The position numbers and the translations under genes were made by a program. This document shows, one piece after another, positions 59,746-64,000 of a stretch of DNA of 64,000 nucleotides. Source of the stretch: a virus. The notes beneath the pieces were generated by a model. It worked only from the letters and a program-made list of their open reading frames with translations. It had not been told where the DNA came from and did not search any database. Numbering within the stretch: the first letter of the stretch is position 1; the number at the start of each line of letters is the position of its first letter. The stretch spans positions 32,001-96,000 of IMG/VR virus record IMGVR_UViG_3300017973_000001, one strand, 5' to 3'.

Positions 59746-59951
59746 TGAAAAGCTTATTTTGTAATCACGATTATCATTTAGTAGAAGAAAGAGACGAGGT
59801 AATTCACGGCTCACAAGAAAGTAAATCTATGGTTAGTGAAACAATGAGTTACATTTTTTGCCCTAGATGTGGGAAAAGACGTAAGGTATCTCAATTTCAA
59901 TGGTCAATGATTAAAAAAGAACAAACTATTAGAATGGCTTATAAAAAATAA
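59745..59951 (+). CDS. small zinc-binding protein
   Basis: LFCNHDY...CPRCGK. Confidence 0.6.
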   Translation: MKSLFCNHDYHLVEERDEVIHGSQESKSMVSETMSYIFCPRCGKRRKVSQFQWSMIKKEQTIRMAYKK

Positions 59952-59998
59952 TTGGATATTTATTCAATTTATAGCTGAAAAAAAGAATATTTATGCAA

Positions 59999-60191
59999 GG
60001 TGTAAAGATTTTTTACTAGGGGTGTAAAAATATTTTACCCCCTTGATTTTACTAGGTTTCTAGTATGGAGGTGTAAAAATTTTTAGGGGGGTAGGTGTAA
60101 AAAATTTTTACTATAAGAAATATATAATAAAGAAATATAAAAGAATGGAAGATATATAAATATATCTTCCAGGATAACAGAGTTATCCAGT
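59999..60191. repeat. iteron-like repeats with AT-rich tract (origin candidate)
   Basis: GGTGTAAA..TTTTA at 59999, 60021, 60070, 60094; palindrome 60146-60171. Confidence 0.65.
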
Positions 60192-60260
60192 GGATGAAGG
60201 AAAGGAATATTTTATTAATTTGTATTCCTAGAAATTTTAAACATAAGGGGATTTTTTAAC

Positions 60261-60746
60261 ATGGAAAAATATACTTTATATACTTTTTATCAAAAACAAC
60301 ATCAACTAGATTTATTTATTTTTGAACAACGCCAACTGGCGCACCCACACCTCCCGGATCGTGTCCGTGCCCTTAGATGTGAATTAGCTGAGCTTCAAAA
60401 TGAGTGGAAGGGTTTCAAGTTTTGGAAACAAGACCAAACTATTAACCGTGAACGCTTATTAGATGAGTACGCTGACGTTTTCCATTTTGCACTTAGTTTA
60501 GGTGTTTGGAATAGCCGTATTGATCTAATGACTGAGTATACTGCCAAAGTTATGCCTACTATCGGAGAAACATTTGACCAATTATTTATATCTTCTGTAA
60601 CTATACTAAACCCGGATTCTCATAAAATATTTATTGAGTTATTTATCGGATTAGGTAAACAACTTGGAATTAGTTTAGCTGATTGGAAAGAATCTTATGA
60701 GAGTAAATACCAGGAAAATATTGACCGTCAAAATCGAGGCTACTAA
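60261..60746 (+). CDS. dut: dimeric all-alpha dUTPase
   Basis: Q..LD, ALRCELAEL.NEW..FKFWK, LLDEYADVFHFALSLG, Y..K..ENI.RQ..GY. Confidence 0.88.
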   Translation: MEKYTLYTFYQKQHQLDLFIFEQRQLAHPHLPDRVRALRCELAELQNEWKGFKFWKQDQTINRERLLDEYADVFHFALSLGVWNSRIDLMTEYTAKVMPTIGETFDQLFISSVTILNPDSHKIFIELFIGLGKQLGISLADWKESYESKYQENIDRQNRGY

Positions 60747-60807
60747 ACCGTTTTAGTAGGTTCAGTCTACTCTATTTTTAGAATGATTAGAGTAGGAGTG
60801 AAGTTGA

Positions 60808-62352
60808 ATGGCGATATATGACCGTTTTCTAAAACTATTACCAAAACGTAATAATACTTTTAAACCTAATAGTCCGGAGATACCTAGACACTTAAACGTT
60901 TTTGCTAAAAGTTCCGGTGGTGGAGGACTAGGTGGTAATCCTTTGAGTGACTTACCACCTACACCGGAATTTGGTGGATCACGTACATCTATTCCTAAAT
61001 TCTCGCAAGGGGGAGGAAACTTTGGTAACTTACCTCGTCGTGTAAAGTCGGACTTAGGGTTAGATGAACGTACATTAAATGGTCTTAACATAGAAGATTT
61101 AATGGACAAGTTAATGGACGCTCACCCGGACATTAGCTTTGCAATTTGGAATTTTCTTCGTATAGCAAATTCCGGATATGACATAAATGTTACTAAACTT
61201 GGGACTGGTAAAGCATTTGCTCCTGGTAAGAAAGATATAGATTTAATTGTTCAAAGATTAGAGTTGCCTAACGTAGCTAACTTTGAGAGTAGTAGAAGTA
61301 TAGATAAAGTAGTTAACCAGGTAATTCAAGCAGTTGTAACAAGGGGTGCCGGGGCAGTCGAGTTAGTTTTAACTCCCACACATGATGACATAGCATTTAT
61401 CGCCCCAGTTGACCCGGCTACTATTACATTTAAGTTTGAAAATTTCAGATACGTCCCTTATCAGCTTAACGGTAAATTATCACTTGATATACCTACATTC
61501 TTCTATGAGGGATTAGATGAACGTATCGATAATCCATATGGTCGTTCTCCACTTTTTGGGGCTATCAATATGGTAATGTTCCAGTTACAACTCTTAAACG
61601 ATATAAAACAAGTAATTCATAATCAAGGTTATCCACGTCTTGATATTACAATACTTGAAGAAGTATTACTTAAGCGCATGCCTTTAACTGTGCGTAACAA
61701 TGAAGCGAAAAAAGCCCAGTGGTTAAATGATAAGCTGAAGGAAATTATTGACGCTTATAACAACCTGGAACCGGATGACACATTTGTACATTTTGATTCT
61801 ATTGCAATGAGTATGGTAGGTGGGAAATCCGGTGGTGGTGGGGCTTTAATGGACCCGGAGAAATTATTTAGTGTAATTGATAATTTAATTATGGCCGGGT
61901 TAAAGACTGTAAGCACCATCTTAGGTAGACGTTCTAGTGGTAACACTGAGAGCTTCGCTAAGTTAGAAACAAAGTTATACATAATGGGTGTAAAGGCCAT
62001 TCAGCAAGTAGTTGAAACTGTAATGTCAAGAGCGTTAACAATGGCACTTAATATACGTGGTAAACAAGGTGTAGTTGAGTTTAAATTTAAACCGATTGAA
62101 ATTAGGACCGAATTGGAGCAAGCCCAATTTGCCCAAATCCATCTACAGAATATTGCTTACATGAGGGATCAAGGATGGATTGACCAAATCGAAGCTTCAA
62201 ACTTAGCAGTTAGTCATGATCCAGTAAGCGATCCAAATTTAGCTATGTTAGGTAAGGGTGGAAGTACAATAACAAATAAAGATGGAGCACCAACTACTGG
62301 TCCAACGGATACAGTTGGCCCTAATGGAACTCCCCAACAAACAGGCAACTAA
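60808..62352 (+). CDS. portal protein
   Basis: 514 aa between TerL and head protease; VDPATI, NPYGRSP, GYPR. Confidence 0.8.
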   Translation: MAIYDRFLKLLPKRNNTFKPNSPEIPRHLNVFAKSSGGGGLGGNPLSDLPPTPEFGGSRTSIPKFSQGGGNFGNLPRRVKSDLGLDERTLNGLNIEDLMDKLMDAHPDISFAIWNFLRIANSGYDINVTKLGTGKAFAPGKKDIDLIVQRLELPNVANFESSRSIDKVVNQVIQAVVTRGAGAVELVLTPTHDDIAFIAPVDPATITFKFENFRYVPYQLNGKLSLDIPTFFYEGLDERIDNPYGRSPLFGAINMVMFQLQLLNDIKQVIHNQGYPRLDITILEEVLLKRMPLTVRNNEAKKAQWLNDKLKEIIDAYNNLEPDDTFVHFDSIAMSMVGGKSGGGGALMDPEKLFSVIDNLIMAGLKTVSTILGRRSSGNTESFAKLETKLYIMGVKAIQQVVETVMSRALTMALNIRGKQGVVEFKFKPIEIRTELEQAQFAQIHLQNIAYMRDQGWIDQIEASNLAVSHDPVSDPNLAMLGKGGSTITNKDGAPTTGPTDTVGPNGTPQQTGN

Positions 62353-62434
62353 GTCACTAGGTATAACCTAGTGGCTTTTTTTATTTCTGTCTAACCTAAT
62401 TTTAGAAACTGATTAAAAAAGTGGAGGTGGAACA

Positions 62435-63874
62435 ATGCCACAGGCGACTGCTGAACAACTTGATAAGATTAATCGTTTTGCCCTTAAACAACTAACTGAA
62501 GAAGATGTTTATGTTTTTAAGGACTTAATGATAGATAACTGTCCTACTGCCTATTCTTCAATCATTCATGACAACTTACTTAGTAAGTTTGTAGCTGACA
62601 CTAATAAAGGTGTCGCTCTATTAATGGGCCACGATAACAGTAAATTACCGGTGGGGCGTTCGTTCAATGCTTATACGGTTGAAGAACAAGCCAATGACGG
62701 CCAAATGGTTAAGAGTGTTTACGGTGATTTCTATATCGATTTAAACCGTGGAACTGAAAGTGGTATGACCACTAATGATATTGCTAAAGGCATTGATAGT
62801 GGAACATTATTTGATACTTCAATCGGCTTTAGTGCTCAATCATGGGATTGCTCAATTTGTGGGTATGACATTAGGGATTGGAATAACTGTTCTCACATTC
62901 CTGGTAAGGATTATCAAGTAGAAGGTGATAACGGGGTTTACCAAACTGAAACATGCTACGTAATAGCCGGGAAAGATGGAGTTGGTGATCTATTAGAAAA
63001 CTCATTGGTATATGCCGGAGCATGTGATAGAGCGTCTATCGTAAAAACATTCTCTCATAATTCAAATGTTAGAGAAAAAGAAGGTTCGTCTAAGCTAAAC
63101 GTGATAACAAGCTTCAAAAATGTTCCCGTTGAGGCAAACATTTTTCAGTACTACACAAAAGACGGCTATGTGATCCTATCAGATATGCCAGAAATTAAGA
63201 GAGAACTAGACCGAGAGGGTGAAGAACTAATGAATTTAGCTGACGTAAAGCAAACTCTTTCCAAGTTGGGAATCGAGTTTCAAAACGCTGATGAGTTAGG
63301 AGCTAAGGTTGAAGGTCTAACTGCTGAACTTCAGACAAAATTAACTGATGTTGAGGGCCAGTTAGGTGCTAAAACTGAAGAATTAACTCAAGTTAATGCA
63401 AAAGTTGAGGAGCTAAACACTGAGTTAGCTGACACAACTGCAAAAGTTGAAGAATTATCAGTTAAAAATGCTGACTTAGAGAAAACAAACCAAGAACTTA
63501 GCGCAAGTAATGAGGTTGCTAAACAGTACCGTGCTGACCTTGAACAAAAAGCTCAAGAGTTAGGTATCCGTGCTCAAGGCAACGCATTTAACACTGAGTT
63601 ATATAACAAATTCTTATCTACTTTATCTGTAGATGAAGTGAAAGAAGTAATTAAAGGCTTTGAAGCTGAGATTAGTACTCGTTTTGAAGGTACTCGTACA
63701 ACTGAAGTTAAGGTTGTAGATAAAAATACTGAAGAAACATTCACGGCTGAAAATGAGCAAGAGTTACGTAACAAAATTGCTGAAGAATCTATGAAACTTG
63801 CAAAAGCAGAAGGTATTTCAGTAAAAGAAGCTACTAAAAAACTTTACGCAAAATATACAAGCGAGGGGGAATAA
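62435..63874 (+). CDS. prohead protease-scaffold fusion
   Basis: GH....PVGR, DTSIGF, CSICG...C.HIPG, ENSLVYAGA; coiled-coil C-terminal half. Confidence 0.82.
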   Translation: MPQATAEQLDKINRFALKQLTEEDVYVFKDLMIDNCPTAYSSIIHDNLLSKFVADTNKGVALLMGHDNSKLPVGRSFNAYTVEEQANDGQMVKSVYGDFYIDLNRGTESGMTTNDIAKGIDSGTLFDTSIGFSAQSWDCSICGYDIRDWNNCSHIPGKDYQVEGDNGVYQTETCYVIAGKDGVGDLLENSLVYAGACDRASIVKTFSHNSNVREKEGSSKLNVITSFKNVPVEANIFQYYTKDGYVILSDMPEIKRELDREGEELMNLADVKQTLSKLGIEFQNADELGAKVEGLTAELQTKLTDVEGQLGAKTEELTQVNAKVEELNTELADTTAKVEELSVKNADLEKTNQELSASNEVAKQYRADLEQKAQELGIRAQGNAFNTELYNKFLSTLSVDEVKEVIKGFEAEISTRFEGTRTTEVKVVDKNTEETFTAENEQELRNKIAEESMKLAKAEGISVKEATKKLYAKYTSEGE

Positions 63875-63877
63875 AAA

Positions 63878-64000
63878 ATGGCAGGTCAATTTACTGATAC
63901 TCAAAAGACTTATAAGATCAAGGACGCTAGTGGTGTCGCTATGTACCACGGTGTATCTCGTTCAGCAGAGAACGAAGTTCGAGTACCTACAGACGTTAAC
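63878..64000 (+). CDS. partial head gene (decoration or capsid), truncated by window end
   Basis: GAGGGGG RBS; MAGQFTDTQKTYKIKDASGV...; position after scaffold. Confidence 0.55.
   Translation, partial: MAGQFTDTQKTYKIKDASGVAMYHGVSRSAENEVRVPTDVN

Noticed and set aside
2752-63774. Antisense or shadow ORFs in the track (e.g. 2752-2985, 4090-4314, 4744-5049, 14337-14633, 16941-17144, 22152-22457, 26095-26409, 42879-43256, 58778-59041, 60762-61109, 63574-63774)
   Set aside because: They overlap well-supported genes, lack RBSs and have atypical composition
1-64000. tRNA or rRNA genes
   Set aside because: No cloverleaf with T-loop GTTCRA and acceptor stem, and no rRNA sequence recognised by eye; tRNAscan-SE would confirm

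Overview
AT-rich 64 kb segment of a large tailed-phage genome with a Bacillales host (strong GGAGG ribosome sites, AbrB, SigF/G-like sigma, LysM amidase). It also carries plasmid-maintenance functions (Rep-like HTH protein with an apparent antisense copy-control RNA, ParM/ParR/parC-like segregation cassette, Phd/Doc-like toxin-antitoxin pair), so it is probably a phage-plasmid. Layout: 0.1-16 kb rightward replication/recombination genes (SSB, PolA, Cas4-like nuclease, resolvases, RecA, Tmk, HU, sigma); 16-21 kb leftward Rep, ThyX, ParMR; 21.5-23.5 kb lysis cassette; 23.5-49 kb a long leftward early region of small genes (SNF2 helicase, PAPS-reductase family, Doc); 50-56.6 kb accessory genes and many non-coding units; 56.9-64 kb terminase, portal and head genes. 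The most unusual signals are non-coding. (1) A ~1.6 kb structured RNA heads the early region: it begins like an rRNA-operon leader (hairpins then boxA) and loops out a 163-aa ORF through a perfect 17-bp stem. (2) A family of covarying intergenic stem-loops lies between early genes. (3) About 13 ORF-less promoter-terminator units (candidate sRNAs) occur, including a four-unit tandem array and two with exact sigmaF-type promoters. (4) A dnaX-type -1 frameshift would add a peptidoglycan-binding domain to the endolysin. (5) 25 consecutive T-tracts are phased at ~10.4 bp (extreme predicted DNA curvature). All calls come from reading the sequence by eye; no database search or folding program was run.
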